From assembly GCF_009834535.1 (NCBI RefSeq), contig NC_045697.1:98396001-98460000 (forward strand): a DNA stretch of 64,000 bases, given 5' to 3'. This stretch comes from Camelus ferus. Lineage: Eukaryota. The position numbers were made by a program, and so were the translations under genes. Position 1 is the first letter of the stretch; each line of letters starts with the position of its first letter. Below are positions 36,690 to 50,984 of the stretch, piece by piece. The notes beneath the pieces were generated by a model. That model saw only the letters and a program-made list of their open reading frames with translations, had not been told where the DNA came from and made no database searches.

Positions 36690-36968
36690 AGAAATTCAGT
36701 GCTGCAATAGTTTTCTGATGCTTGGATTCTTTCCATAGATGAGTTTAAATATAAATACATAGCTCAATCCCTGCCACCACCTCCATATTCAAGAATGTAG
36801 TAATAGAAGACCCAGTGAGCTTGTAGGTTCAGTGAAAAGAAGGATGTCTCCATCATTATTCCCAGGGGAGGAATATAGCATTCTGTCAAAAGACCCTTGA
36901 AACCACAAAAAAAGGGATAAGTTACCTTAAAACAGGGTTTGTTTTGTTTGTTTTTATATTTACACAGA

Positions 36969-37107
36969 TTTTTTTTCCTCCAGCTTTATTGAACTATAAT
37001 TGGCATATAACATTGTGTAAGTTTAAGCTGTAGAATGTAATGATGTAAAACATGTATAACTTGCAAAACAATTACCACAGGAAGAGTAGTTACCACATCC
37101 TCACCTC
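36969..37107 (-). mobile_element. Older L1 (L1MA-like) 3' end
   Basis: cagctttattgaactataattggcatataacattgtgtaagtttaag..attaccaca. Confidence 0.75.
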
Positions 37108-37394
37108 GAGAAAGATTTTAACTATATTCATTTTGCACAAAAAGAACTCAATGAAAAATCAGACAAAACCATTTTTAATATCAAACCAAATGATGTGATG
37201 AGCTTTTAATTATTTAGTTTGGTATTATCTAGGCCTGAACTATGTGGATGATAAAGTACCAAAGGGACTTTTTTTCTTGCCTCTAATTTGGGCTCTGTGT
37301 TCTTCACCCCTTGGTTGATACTAGTTTCAACAGACAAATTTTCAACCCATGGTCCGCCACTTTATCCCTGGTAAAGGAAAAAGTTCTATTGTCT

Positions 37395-37760
37395 CTGCAG
37401 CCTCGCGTCCCCCATGCACCCGTACCGCGCCCTCCTCATTCACCTGTAATCCTGCCTCACTAGACCACCGGACATTTCCCAAACGTGTCAGACTTTCTCA
37501 CCTCCCTATGCTGCACTCCATGGCTGAAATGTCCTTTCGCCACTCCTTTGCAGTCAAATCCTAATCAAACCCAGTGCCAGTTCCTCAACACAATTTCCTC
37601 TAACAACCCCTGGCAGAATGAACAGAACTTTCCTCCCCATCCCTAAACACTTTATTCAAGTGGCCACTCTGGCAGTCACTATGGAACCACGTGCTCCTTA
37701 AAGACAGACGTCATTCTTTAGCCATCATCATCTCCTGACTATCTCGTAGATTGCTGTATG
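37395..37760 (+). mobile_element. L2 fragment
   Basis: ggctgaaatgtccttt..caaatcctaatca..gtgctccttaaagacagac. Confidence 0.55.
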
Positions 37761-37761
37761 C

Positions 37762-38315
37762 TGTATTAGTTCTCAATTGGTGCAAAAAAAAAAAAATTAC
37801 CCCAAAACGTAGTGGCTTAGAGCATCAACTATTATTTCACAGTTTCTGTGAATCAGGAATCTGAGCAAGGCTTAGCTGGGTTTCCTGGCTCTGGGTCTTT
37901 CATAGGCTGTCATCAGGCTGGCAGGGGCCACAGTCTCATCTGAGGGCCCAGCTGGGAATGGACCTGCTTTCCAAGCTCACTCCAGTGGTGGCTGGCAGGT
38001 TTCAGTTCCACATCAGCTGTTGACTGGAGGCCGTCCCCCGTTCCTGGCTACCTGGGTCTCTCCATAGGGTAACACACAACATAGCATCTGGTTTCATCAG
38101 AGCAAACAAGTGAGAAGGCAAGAGAGTGCCAGCAAGAGAGAGAGCATGCTGGCAAGACAGGAGTTACAGGCTTTTGTCATGGTAGCGACATCCCATCACT
38201 TGTGCATGTTCCCTTTGTTAGATGTGACCCACTAGATCCAGCCTACACTGACTACACAAGGGCATGAGTACCAGAAGCTGGGATCATCGAGAGCTATATC
38301 AGAAGCTCTGTCTCA
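37762..38315 (-). mobile_element. MLT1E/F-like MaLR LTR
   Basis: tgtattagtt..attaccccaaaacgtagtggctta..tcacagtttctgtgaatcaggaatctg..caagggcatgagtacca. Confidence 0.85.
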
Positions 38316-38567
38316 TTTAAAAAAAAAAGAAAAAAATTACCATACATAAAATAGATAAGCAACCAGGACCTACTGTATAATACAGGGAACTACATTCAGT
38401 TTCTTGTAATGAGCTGTAATGGAAAAGAAACTGAAAAAATATTTATATATGTATATATATGTATAACTGAATTGCTTTGCTGTATACCTGAAACTAACAT
38501 TGTAAATCAACTATACTTCAATAAAAAAAAGAAAAAAGAAAGAAAGAAAGAAAGAAAGAAAGAAAAA
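38316..38567 (+). mobile_element. L1 3' end with (GAAA)n tail
   Basis: caggacctactgtataatacagggaact..aatcaactatacttcaat; imperfect TSD aga(a/t)gct(c/g)tgtctca. Confidence 0.88.
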
Positions 38568-38789
38568 AGATGCTGTGTCTCACATAAGTCTTACAGAGGA
38601 AGCATTCAGTAAGGATTTATTTATAAAAGTAGAAAAGGAATGTGAAATTTTCTTCAAATATCCTTAGTTGTATGATCAATTCCTTTAACTTTAAGGCTAT
38701 GTAATAATAGAAATTATACAAAGCCTATGTTCAGAAACACAGTTTTGAAACAGGCATCTCGAAGGCAATGTGACTGTGTAATTTTAATA

Positions 38790-39147
38790 AGTAATACCAG
38801 CTACTGTAACTAACAAACCCAACAACTCAATGGCTTCACATAATAAAAGTTTATTTCTCACTCTTGTCACAGGGAGTGCAGGGCAGCTCTCCTAAATGGC
38901 TCTCATCCACACAGTAGGACACCGTCATCTCTAACACCCCAGGAGGATAAGAATGTATATGGATGATTATAAAAGGATTTTCACGACCAGGACTGAAAAT
39001 GGCATCCATCACTTCCCCTCAGAGCCCACCGACCAGAAACCATTGACATGGCCCCATGCCAGCTGTACACAAGGCTGGAAAATGTCGGCTTTCTACATGC
39101 CCAGAGAAAGAAACAGACTGTGAATATCTAGCCAATCAATCCCTGAC
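38790..39147 (-). mobile_element. MLT1K/L-like MaLR LTR
   Basis: agctactgtaactaacaaaccc..ctcaatggctt..aagtttatttctcactc..aggctggaaaatgt. Confidence 0.7.
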
Positions 39148-40659
39148 AGAAGGATGCTATCACTCCAGTTGCTCTCCTTGTAAATGAAGAACTAAACCCT
39201 CTTTAAATAAAGTTCCCAACAGTAACTAAAATACAGACACACCAGCTCTCAAGTCAATAGTCTGGCAATGATTTCCCAGTCCTTGTTTCCTATTATCCTG
39301 AATTAAGCTATATCAAGTTCTTAACGCACTGCATTTAACTAGTTACAGACAGGCCAAAACAGCATCACAGTCTTTAAGTCAAGTCAGATATGTTGCCATC
39401 TTAGGAGGTGAAAGTCAGTTCAATTCAAATGTCTTCATCCAGATGAGGCTGAGCTGCATTAAGAGCCTAACTTGGAAGCAAATCTTTTATGCTCATATTG
39501 GTTACAAAGATTTTGCAAAGTCAACATAGAATTCAATCTCTATGTATGAGAAAAGTAATCATGAGTTATATTCTGGGTCCAAACTTTCTCTTATTTGTAC
39601 TAGAGACTCTGGGAAACCAGGGAGCATGGTGGAGAGGGATGGGGGTGGGAGGGAGAGGGGGTGAAAGGCAGAAAGGAGCACAAGTACAAGACCCATCCAA
39701 ACGTACTCTTGTCTACTAGCTGATGGCTTGTCATTTCAGCCCAGATGCTTTAAGAGACCCCCAAAATCCAGAATTCTCAAGTTTCAAATTGTAAGAGAAT
39801 TGGGGGGTGGGTGTGAAAGTATCATGCTATGACTTTCTATATGTTTACAACAGAAATAGTCAAAAGCAAAAAAAAGTGTGTGTATGTGTGTGTGTGTCTA
39901 ACCAGAGAAATCCTGTCCGACAACATTGAACAGATTGGTATATAAAAGAAGAGCCTATAGACAACCACTCTACCTTATGGATGGTCTACAGCAAGGGAAA
40001 GGGACTCATGCCTCTGCATCATGCATAATGTATGCCACACATTGAGCAATGCAATCTCTCTTTAATTGTTAGCATCTCTTTCACCAACAGAAACATCAGA
40101 AACAAAACACCAGGACTTAATAAGCACATATTGTTTTACACATGGAGGAATTCGAGTCCAAGGGTACTATGAAAATATTAACTATGTTTGTACCTTCTCA
40201 ACACCACAGTTACAAGACAGAAGAGCTTAGCATAAGGACAACCTCAATGCCGGCAGTGTCACCGCCTTACATCGGAGCATGAATTCTTCATGACCATCTA
40301 GGTAGGATGCCTAAATTTAAATGGTTGAACACCAAGAGGGTTTCAAAGATCAAAAGGCAATTATTTCTTTTATATTTTTCTATGCAAAGCATAAACTGGG
40401 ACTATTTTGCTATCACTTGGCAACCTTTTAATACTCTAGAAGAACAAAAAAGTATCTTTCTGTTCAGGTCAGATTACAGTTATATTCATCCTATTTATGT
40501 CTATTGCATAGGAAAAAAGGTGCGTAATTAAGAAGACCTAAGACTCTTGAGACATTAAGAATAGGGTTACTTACCCACCATGGGTATGATTTAAAAGCAA
40601 GGTAGGGTTCCATGTCCCTAACAGTTCTCCCAGATTTCTGAAATCTTCACTTCGTCCTT

Positions 40660-40836
40660 ATGCTTCCCAAATTCCATTTATTAGAGTAGAGCTTTGTAAA
40701 TCCATAAATCTCCTGAAATTGCCTGCAAAAAAGTGCAATTCTAGTATGAGCTTGTGCATTTTCCTGGGGACAGTATCTAGGGCTCTTATCAGATTTCTAA
40801 AAGGATCTTTGAGCACACTAAAATTAAGGGCACTGG
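40660..40836. mobile_element. Charlie4z-like hAT MITE
   Basis: ctcctgaaattgcctgcaaaa..gtgcattttcctgggga..atcagatttctaaaagg..ttaagggcactg. Confidence 0.65.
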
Positions 40837-43284
40837 ACACTTCTTCGGTTAATAAGCTCTTCAAATGCAAATTACCCTTGGAAGATTACTGATGCCTTTT
40901 ACACAAACAGTATCCAAAGGCTGGTCGGCGTGTGGCCCGTGCATGCAGAATGTTTTTACCAGTCTGAAGCCTCCCTCTTAAGTACATTTTGTATGACTCC
41001 AGGGTGGCAGAATGGGGCACCCAAGTCACACAGACCTACATGTCAGCAGATGCTACATAGTGCTTGCTCTGGAGTCTGTTTTTGGAAATTTTGCTAACCA
41101 GACACCCTGCTCTCAGCTTAATTTCTCACATTTCTCACCAGCCCTGCAAACAAAAGTTGGTGAAAAGCAGTGGGCAACTTGAGGTTCCTGAGCTTCTCTG
41201 TGTTCACCTAGAACACTTCAAATTGAAGTGAACAAGTTAAAAACCCACTTCCAGCCGTGTCAAGCCCTTCCACATGAATTTTGATATCCAACAATGATTA
41301 TGTTAAAAAAAAGATGTTCCAGATCATGTTAGACAGTCTTGATCTCTTGATGTAGACTGCTCAGTTGACAGTTCTACATGTAAAGTTATCAAATAAAAAT
41401 GAATGCTGTAACTTCATTAAATTCTATCTTTTTAAAATATATCCAATTTTTTTAACAGGTCAGTATGAAGTTGCCAACTGTCCTCTCTTAGGCTGGACTT
41501 TCTTCTATTGTAAGATTATATTTATTTTAATTTGAAGATATTCAGCTATCCTTTATCTGATAAAATTATGGTGATAGGAGTTGAATAGAAAAAAATGGCA
41601 ATTCATTTTTTTTTAATTTCCCTTATTCATAAAATCCAAGAGCCTATCATTAATTTATACAATAATGTGAATTTACTTATCAACTTGATTTCCTACCTTG
41701 AGAGGGCAGAATGTTCTAAGGAAGTGAAGGCAATGGGAAAGGGATGAAGAGAAGTAGAGATGTCCTGATGATGTAGAACCCCAAGGGAGGGTTGGCATGG
41801 GCAGAGCACTCCTATGGGGTCGGGAGAGGTCAAGGGCAGGATGAGGGATCTGGTCACCTGGATGCAAACAGGGAAGTGGAAAGGCCCCCCAAACAAATTC
41901 TATCCCTTTAGTCATGTGATCAATGGCCTTCCTTGGCTCTCAGGGCATATTTGTGATCAACACTGCTAAACAAAGCTAAATGCCAATGTCTGCACTGCAA
42001 AGACACCGTGGAGGTGTTATATTTTATACAAATCTAAAAGTTGTATTCGGAAAAGATCATTTGAATTATTTATTTATAGAGAATTCTGAAGCTTTGCTTT
42101 ATTTTACTTTGACAGGTCCATCCCTCTAGACAAACAGAGAGAAGTCACTTAAGCACAGGCGAATCTAATAGAGGCCAAAGATCTTGCCTGTACAGTTTGC
42201 TTGGGCCTGGTGACATGGCCACATTGAGTGGAACTTCCGCATAGATACCATTCCTGCCTTTCTGAAGATTGTCTCAACCATCCCTTCACTCCTCCAGCAA
42301 ATATTTATTTGGAATGAGCTAGATATTTCCACCCCATTCAATTCAACTGACTCATATTCACCAGCCAGACAAGGATGTCAGATTTTTAAATACCAAAGGC
42401 CACATTTATATTAAGTGGAAAATATATATATTTTTTAATTTCTAAAAGTCAGGAGAAGCCTGGCTTTTTTTTTTTTTTTCTTAAGGATTATGACCATCAG
42501 TCTGAGAAGTGACCGCTCACCCAGTGGCCTGCTATTGAAATCTCTCTAGGACACTCAGTGCCTTTTGGTTTACAACAAAGAAAAGCTCATTCTGCAGCTA
42601 TATAAAAGGATGCTCTAATAAAAAAGATTCTTACCTGTCTCAAAAGAATATCGAAAGGATGAATTAGATAATGCCTTCAAAAAGGTACTTTTAAACGGTG
42701 CCTGGGAAATATAAGATGCTATCACTATTGTCATTTAGTTATAGACAATAATGTTACTTGTTTTTCTTGGAACAGCTACCTTTCCATCAGAAAATGCCAA
42801 AACACAAATACCCTAAAAGCTACCATTTTATGGACTTAAAAATGTGTTTGTGGCTAGATGAATATTTCCCTTCTCCCTTCCTCCCTTCTGAGTCCAAGCT
42901 ACCCCATGGGACCTGAAATTTCTGAAGTCAAGGTTGAGAGAAGAATGGAGACAGATAATAGCAGTATGTAAGCAGAAAACAGCAGAGAACAAAATTATGG
43001 AAACTCATCATAGAGGAGATATTTAATGGCACGTAATTCAAATGCTCGGCTATACCAGTGGAAGTCATGGACCCTGAAAAGTTAAGCAACATTCCAAACA
43101 TTACACAGCTAGTCAGAAACAGAGTCATGGTAGTTCTTAAACATAACAAAATGGCTAGGGGGAGAAAAGTCCCCCATGCCTGTTTCAGCATCACTATGGT
43201 CCTAGAAGCTGCATCATAGTCAAGTTCTTCAAGAGGACATCCAAGTTTTGACACTGTACAGCATGGGGCTTATGACTTGGGACT

Positions 43285-43595
43285 TTCAAGTCTGGTGACA
43301 CAGGCTCTTTCTCACCCCAGACTACTCCCTAGCTGGGTAACCTTAGGCAAATAATCTCTCCAAACTTAATTTCCCTCAGCTGTAAGAGTGGATATTATCA
43401 GTCCTTACTCACCATAGGGTTGTTGAGAGGATTAAATGTGACAACATAGACATATTTAACAGTGTCTAATGGTAACTGTTGCCTTTAATGTTTCTCGATG
43501 GCAAAATTGAGGATTAAAAGAGAAATGCATATAAAGTGCTCAGCTCAATGCTTGACACCATTTAAGTGCTCAGCAAATACTGGGAAATATTATTA
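43285..43595 (+). mobile_element. MIR fragments
   Basis: tagctgggtaaccttaggcaa..catagggttgttgagaggattaaatg; second 3' piece gaggattaaaagagaaatgcatataaagtgctcag. Confidence 0.75.
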
Positions 43596-43756
43596 CTTCA
43601 TACTTCTGCCCAGGCATCCATTTAGCGAGTACTTGTTGAGTCCTTCCTTCCTGGGTGCCGGGAACTACACCATGGTCTAGGATTCCACTATCTGAGCTCA
43701 ACTTGCTTACAGTCAAATGGGAGAGACAGACACGTGGCCAAATGAAAGCTCTACCT

Positions 43757-44083
43757 CAGTGCTGGGCAGAGCCCACGAGCCAAATCTGTGCCTATTTTTG
43801 TGTGGTCCACGAGCTAAGAATGGTTTTTTACATTTTTTAATGTTAAGGGGAAAAAAATCAAATGAAGAAGAGTATTTCATGACTTCTGAAGAGGACATGA
43901 AATCCAAATCTCAGAGTCCATAATGAAATTTTATTGGAGCACAGCCACACTCATTCATTTAGATATTGTCTATTACTGCTTACATCCAACAGCCAACTTG
44001 AATAGTTGCAACTAAGACCATATGGCTGGCAAAACTGAAAATGTTTACTATCTGGCCCTTTACAGAAAACTTGCCAACTCGTG
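43757..44083. mobile_element. MER58B-like hAT-Charlie
   Basis: gagctaagaatggtttttacatt..ttttattggagcacagccacactcattc..tttactatctggccctttacagaaaa. Confidence 0.85.
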
Positions 44084-45239
44084 CCCTATATCTTGGTAAC
44101 TATTACAACACATATATGCTCCAAAGGAAGCTATAGAAGCATGTGTTAGGGGGTGCGGGGCATCTATCTCTGTCTGGAAACTTCTGGAAGCTTCACTAAG
44201 GATCTAAGTCTTAAAAAATAAGTAGGAGTTTGGCAGATGGAAAAGGAGACATGGATGCATAAAAGTCCAGAATCATGGCAGAGCCAGAGAGGTTCCAGAA
44301 AAATAGAAAGACACTGGGAGCTTCTTTAAGTTAACTCTGACCTTATTGTCCTCACAACATCCACAAATGCTGTCATTATTTGTCCCTGTGCAAGAACATT
44401 ACGTTTTCAACTGTCTAGTAATCTCCAGAACATTGTTTTTAAGGCCAGAGCAATTCTCTTTTCTCAGCGTCATCACATAGAACTTTTGATCCCCCTGAGG
44501 TTTTCAAGTTTCTGATGGAAATGAGATTTAATGGCCTCATGATGAATATGCTCCTTCTTATGTCCATGTTCAGCCTCATTAGCATGTGTCACTGGGTTAA
44601 TCTGTAACTGTGATTGGCTCTTACTGCAGGTCTTAAAACCATACTTGGCCATGAAGGTTTAAGGAGCCCTGAGACACACGCTCTGCAGATTAAAAAGAAG
44701 AGTGGAGAAAGAAAATATACTAGAGAAGGGCAGGACTTAGCAGGTGGCACCAAAGTGACACCTGGTAACCTGGAAACGGCTGGAACAAGAACGTTAAAGT
44801 CTTCCGATCCTGGGGCCAGAAGATGAGCAGCACAGAGAACCAGAGACATTTCTGAAACTTAGGACACAGAGGAGAAACAAGTGGCAGGAGCATAAGTGAT
44901 GTCAGTCCCCGACACCTGTGACCGGCACTGGCTTCACTCAGTGAAGCCGATCAAAGGCTCTGCTCTTGTAAACTGAGAGGCTGCCATAAATTTGACGTCC
45001 CATGGCAGAAACTAAGAAAGACAGAATTGTGAAATACGTACCCACCAAAAATGGTAAAAGCAAGTACCGGTTTACTTCTCCTCTCTGACTTGGAAGGGCC
45101 GACTGGTTAATACTTGGTCCCACCATCCAAGGCAGCTCTACTCCCTAGTCCTTCCTACTTCTGTACAAGGCACAGAAGCTCATCCCAGCTCTGCCAGGCA
45201 TCCAGTGCAGCCTTGACCATCACTGCATTCCTCCACCCA

Positions 45240-45390
45240 AACTCCATTCATCCAACAACACACTGATGGAGCTCCTCTAAGAGGCCAGCCCTACGCTGAT
45301 CACTGAGGATACTGTAGGACACAAGAGAGAAGCTGTCCTCACTCTCATGGAGTTCTCTGCACGGCAGGCAAGACAGATGTGGTGGTCAGC
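45240..45390 (-). mobile_element. L2 3' fragment
   Basis: cattcatccaacaac..gagctcctcta..gaggatactgtag..gtcctcactctcatggag. Confidence 0.6.
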
Positions 45391-46814
45391 GAACTTACTG
45401 CTCTAGAATGAGACAACCAAGGGCCCTAATAAAGCCAAGTGGACAATGGTCCACAGTGAGGAAGAAGGGAGAATGGAACACTCCCCTCTGTGGACAGTCC
45501 CTTCAAGGCCCCTAAGCAGCTGATGTGTCCCATTGTTTGGTAGTGTTGACCAAACAAATCAGGCTTTTGCTTACACTCTTGAGGGCAGAGGGGCTGTGTC
45601 AAGGAGACAAATCCAAGCCACATGCAGTACACAGTCCTCAAAACATCTCTACCTGCTCCTGAGTCAATCCAGTCATGCCTGGCTCTCCATCACTTAAGTT
45701 GGGTGCTTTCCCAGAAGTCCCTTCCATCCCCCCGCAAATAGACTTCACTGGGCATCCCTGCCAGGTCAGCAGAGATGCCCAGACATGTCGGCACACCAGC
45801 AGGGGACACCGCTTGTGTTCTTTCCTGGGAAGCTACACCGTCCCTGAGAAAATAAATTGAAAACCTCAATTTGTCTGGCCCCTGGTTCATTAGCTATGTT
45901 GGACATGCCTGAACCATGTTCAGAAGCAAACCAGTATTCCAGCTATGGGCATACAAATGTCACTGAGCAACCCTAGACGCAATGAAATTGTGTGGTTTGG
46001 ATTGCTGGGATCAAAATTGGATCCACAGTGCATATTTATCACCCTCCAAGCAATATTCACACCATAAATCAAGTTCTAGCATTTTGCAGAAATGCTTTCA
46101 GGCACGAAGTACCTCATTGTTATGTTTCTCACCCACAAACAGTGCATTTTCTTAAATACAGAGCCAAAGGCAGCAAACCGTTCAACTAAACAGGGAAATG
46201 CTCTTAATGCAACAAGTGTTCTCACCACTGCCAAACTTCAATAAAGTCAGAAGGAAAATATACTTCCTTTACCCTCAATATAAAGAACGTGCATAAGTTT
46301 AAGAAAAGCAGAGGGACCCACTTATAACCTCTCTCACAAAAGCAATCAAACTGCCTGCTCTTTGTAAAGAATGACTACATACAAATCTCCTCTATCTAAG
46401 TGAGTAATATCATTATTTTAATATTTATATGTGTGCCAAAAGTATATACAGCCTTATAACAATAAATAAGATTGTACACACAATAAAACCCCAGTGAAGT
46501 CTCTGCCTTAAGGACCTTTACAATCAAATGTATAAATAAAACAAGAAGGAAAACTTCAGATGAAGCTTGGAGCTAGAAATGGGAAATCAAGGTGGAATGC
46601 TTCAAGTCAGTAAGTGTGCTGCCTCTGGTTTCAAGAATGTCAAAGGAAAAACTTATAGAAAGCAGAATACAGAAGAGTATAAAAATGAGAAAGGAGACAG
46701 CGAGTGCCAGATGGAGAGTGAAGTGTGTCTCTCCTCCTGGGTTCCTTGGCTAATACTTGGGCTCATACTCAACCGAAACTCCTTCCCAAGGAGACTGAAG
46801 GAAAGGGGGTTAGT

Positions 46815-47005
46815 TTCAGTGGCAGTTGAGAGGATGGTCTCTGAGATAAGACTGGGTTGGAATCCTGGCTCTCACAAGTGTGCAATTCAGATCAAGGTCC
46901 TCAATCACCTCCATATGTCTCAGTTTCCTCATCTGTAACAATATTGTAATACTTAGAGTCATAAGGTTTCAGAGAGACTCAATGAAATAATAAAGTATAG
47001 TGCCC
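46815..47005 (+). mobile_element. MIR SINE
   Basis: gactgggttggaatcctggctct..tctcagtttcctcatctgtaa. Confidence 0.8.
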
Positions 47006-48459
47006 AAAATTCAAAAAAAAAGAGAAGTTTTAAATAAATCTTATCTATACTATTTTTAATAAATATATTTATCGTTATCTCTAAGAGAAAAGGAAGTAGT
47101 TGAATGGTGGGGTGAGGGAGGTACTGACTGGCATCCAAAAGGCCTTGGTCTTGGTGTCACCACCACCACCAAGGCTTCTTGCCACTCTGGATTTCTACAA
47201 TTTCTTTGTTGAAAACAAAAATGTTGGACTAAACTATCCTAAAGCTCCCTTATATCCTGAAAAGAATTCCTTGAGAATTATCTGAAATTAAAACCAGTAA
47301 GTTCCTATTTCACTCACACTTCTTGCCAAAATGCCAAGCACCATATGGGCTCTCCTTGCTCTCTGTAATCTGGATTCAGTGTTGCCACAAATCAAATCAT
47401 GTCTCCTGAGACACCATGACACTGATGACAAATTTAGACTAGAGTGTGAGTGTTTGTTCTGTTCCCCAACAAGAGCTACAAGAAGGGGTCAGTCTCTTTC
47501 TTCCCATATTTCAACTCAGTCACAAGAAGCCCAGACTCTCTTTGTTCTGAAAGCCACTTGACTTTGGCACTTCTCCAGGGATGAGGTTGCAACCATTACC
47601 TTCAACCTCTGGGAAAAAAAACCCCAGGGCCTGGAATTATGGAAATAGATCCAGTTTACTTTGTGAAGTTTTCCCAAATCTGGTATCACTGAAATAAAAA
47701 ATACAATGCTTACTCTGAACAATAAAAATGATGTTGAAACTGGAGGAGTAATTACAGTAAAAGGAATCATGGAAATGTATATTTTCTAAGAAAATATCCA
47801 ACAATGGGTGATTTCTGAAGCCCAGGGTTGTGGTTCTGAGTGGCATACATGCAATTTCAAACCATCTCTTTGCTCCTATTTCTCATAACCATCAGTGTAA
47901 TACCCTTGCTCTTTTGATAAGAAGCTAGATATCATTTCATTTCCTGAGTGTTTCACAGGCATTTTGAAATCCTGTAACAAAGGGTGATATGAAACAGATG
48001 TATGAGATTTATCTGAAATCCAATTGTGTTTAGCCATAATACTGCTTATAGAAATCCCCCTTGTATAAGATATATTTACACAGAAATATACAGTAGCCAC
48101 AATAAAGGATGTGAGTGATGACTTAAGCTACCAGTATTAACATTGTTCTCAGCTGCCTTTCTTCTGGCTATTTGAGTCCCTTTTAAGCACAGCTCTTTTT
48201 TATGTAATCCACATCCCTTTGGTTGAATGTGCTGCTTCTCTCACATGTAAATTAAATTAAATTTCCTAACAGCTAAAGACAGTGCACAAACCAAGAGAAG
48301 GCCAGTTCTGTATGTCTCCATTGTGCTTATAATAATAGATGTTGATTTTGTTCAGTTTCAGTGACTGAAGAGCAGTTCCAATTTTTGAGTTACAGTACAG
48401 AAAATAAAAAATAGTTCTGTCCTACTGTATTTTATCATAGTGACAAGCTGATTGGATGG

Positions 48460-48660
48460 CATGGTATTGGCAAAAGAACACGGGTTTAAGTCAGAAAATC
48501 TGGGTTTCCATCCTGGCTCCACCATTTATTATGTGTGTCTGAGACCCAGTCTGCTCATCTGTAAAGTGAGAGACAGGACACTCCCCTCACAAGACCATTA
48601 TGAGAGTGAAATAAGGTAATTTGGATCAATGAAAGAGCATTATGCAAATATTAGCTGTGA
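48460..48660 (+). mobile_element. MIR SINE (decayed)
   Basis: agtcagaaaatctgggtttccatcctggctccaccattta..ctcatctgtaaagtgag. Confidence 0.7.
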
Positions 48661-48819
48661 TTCTGTAATTTAATCAATGCCACCTCAAATCCTTTGGAAA
48701 TTTGGTGGAAAGAGGTGGAATGATTAAATGGATGGAGATAGGGTAGTCAGAGTCTATATTATTATTAATAATTCTCAACACACTATGATATTTTATCATT
48801 ACAAAATAAACTTTAAGTC

Positions 48820-49010
48820 ATGGAGTCTTTGCACACAGCTGTGCAATTTGTGGCCTGTACCAGGGCATGCCCCCAGCTAAGAGGATGAGTGGGGAACACA
48901 GCCCACACTCCACTCACAGGGGACACATCCTGGGAGAGGACTGTTCCTAGATGCCGAGACACCTTTTTTGTATTTTAACAAAGCCCTCCTATGGACCAGC
49001 AGTGAGCCTG
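48820..49010. mobile_element. MER91A-like hAT-Tip100 element
   Basis: agctgtgcaatttgtg..gagtgggg..cagcccacactccactcac..cacctttt..tatggaccagcagtgagcctg matches the recalled MER91A layout. Confidence 0.6.
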
Positions 49011-49904
49011 ACCAGAAATATTGCATTAAATCCTCAGACAATTCTGAGAAATATTATTGCCCACTCTTACAAATTAGAAAACTGAGACTCCACCAAAATG
49101 AACTGTCCAAGGGATTAAAGTGTAAATCAAGGTCTTGTGACACCTAGGTCAATGTTATGTTTAGTACACAATGGAAACCTAAGAGCAAAGGAACTCCCCA
49201 CTAGGTGTTAAGCAGACCGATACAAAGCTGGATAGAACACGATAAAAACTCAACCGCAAGGGTTAAACTTTATACTCTGCTCATTTCTATCAACAGACCC
49301 TGAATCCACAAAAGGGAGAGGTTATGTCAAGACCCTAGATGGCAAATCTGTGACAGACAAAACCTCCACAACACAGTAACATACAATTCTTTCCTTCAAA
49401 ATGCTTTTGATATAAGCAGAGGAAACAGACATATGGCTAAGTAAACACAGTGAAGTATTAATAGGAGCTATGGTAGAAATGCAATACGATGTGTTTTCCA
49501 GTGTGTAGCTCTAAACTGATGGAGGGTTCAGATAAAAGCTCTCAAGATGGGGTGGGTGGGGCCTCAAGACCTGATGGGATTGAAAGTTGGGAGGGTGGCC
49601 CAGAGGTGTGTGTTTAAGAACTGTCAGGGCATTTTGGCTGACAAGGTCACCAACGTGGGGGCAGCAGCTACAGCATCGGCATCCTGCAGGTGGGGATGAG
49701 CAGAAAAGACCCAAGGGATACCAGGTGAAAGTTCAACAGAGCAGATCAAAGCATGGAAACTGGAGAAACTATACAAATGACCCACTGATGGAGGCAAATG
49801 ATCAGGGATCCAGGAAGAATGGGAACAAGGAATGACATGTGAGTAAGAGGGAAATCCGAACAAGTGGCAGAAAAAGGGGTGCTCCGTGCACTGTTATATA
49901 TATT

Positions 49905-50359
49905 CTCTTTTTAAATTGAAGTATAGTCAGTTTACCATGTTGCATCAATTTCTGGTGTACAGCATTATGTTTCAGTCATATATATAAATACATATATTCC
50001 TTTTCATATTCTTCTTCATCATAAGTTACTACAAGATACTGAATATAGTTCCCTATGATATATATACAGTAGAAACTTGTTTATCTATTTTATATATAGT
50101 AGTTAGTATCTGCAAATCCTGAACTCCTAATTTATTCCTCCCCACCCCCTTTCCCCCTCGGTAACTGTAAGTTTGTTTTCTATGTCTGTGAGTCTGTTTC
50201 TATTTTATAAATAAGTTCATTTTTTTAATATTCCACATATGAGTGATATCACATGGTATTTTTCTTTCTCTTTCTGGCTTACTTCACTTAGAATGACATT
50301 CTCCAGGTCCATCCATGTTGCTGCAAATGGCATTATTTTATTCTTTTTTATGCTGAGTA
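49905..50359 (-). mobile_element. Camelid L1 3' end
   Basis: aattgaagtatagtcagtt..ccatgttgctgcaaatggcattattttattc. Confidence 0.92.
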
Positions 50360-50624
50360 AATCTTACTGTGAATGAACAAGAAAAAGTTTCATTGAAAGA
50401 ACTAAGTTCAGAAGGGACAAGAGAACCTAAGCCCTGGAGCTCCAGAAGGCCAAATAGGGGACAAATCAAATACTTATAGGGACAAATCTTTAGCTTGAGG
50501 TTATGAAAGAGTCCAGTAGACCTGGGGAGGTTGAGGTCTTCAAAAACTAAGGTGAAGAGCTGGGAAGTTGAAAAATTATAGGAACATATACCAAGGGGGG
50601 AATCTAGCACACAGTAGAATGGCA

Positions 50625-50900
50625 TTCATTCACTCATTTATTCATTCAACAAACTTCACTGAGTGCCTATTACCAATACGTAGTAGTAACAGCAGTAGCA
50701 GCAGCCGCAGCTAACACACAGCACTTCTCCTATGCCTACACGTTGTTCTAGGGACTTTTAAATCACTTAGCCCTTGCTCTCTTATGAGGTAAGTACTCCT
50801 ATTTTTCTAGAGGAGGAAATCGAGGCATGGGGAGCCTAAATACTTTGCTTGAAGTCATTCAGGTAGTGAGTAGCATGAGCAGGAGAGGATTTAGACTTAG
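50625..50900 (-). mobile_element. L2 3' end followed by MIR
   Basis: cattcattcactcatttattcattcaacaaacttcactgagtgccta (L2 end); gaggaggaaatcgaggcatgg (MIR core). Confidence 0.7.
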
Positions 50901-50984
50901 GCTTTCTTAACTGATAATAGCCTGTCATGCACCTTCTAGTTCTTAGCCAGTTTTCACAGCTGTAGTAAGACCAGTCTCCTTTTC

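Noticed and set aside
39930..39955. ATTGG plus TATATAAAAG promoter-like motif
   Set aside because: The two boxes abut with no normal spacing, and no downstream first-exon evidence.
40568..40640. Strong minus-strand donor TGG|gtaagt (also AAG|gtaagt near 52523-52531)
   Set aside because: No convincing acceptor or promoter upstream; isolated donors are common.
42595..42730. TATA-like ctatataaaagg
   Set aside because: Lies at the start of what looks like a decayed MIR 3' half.
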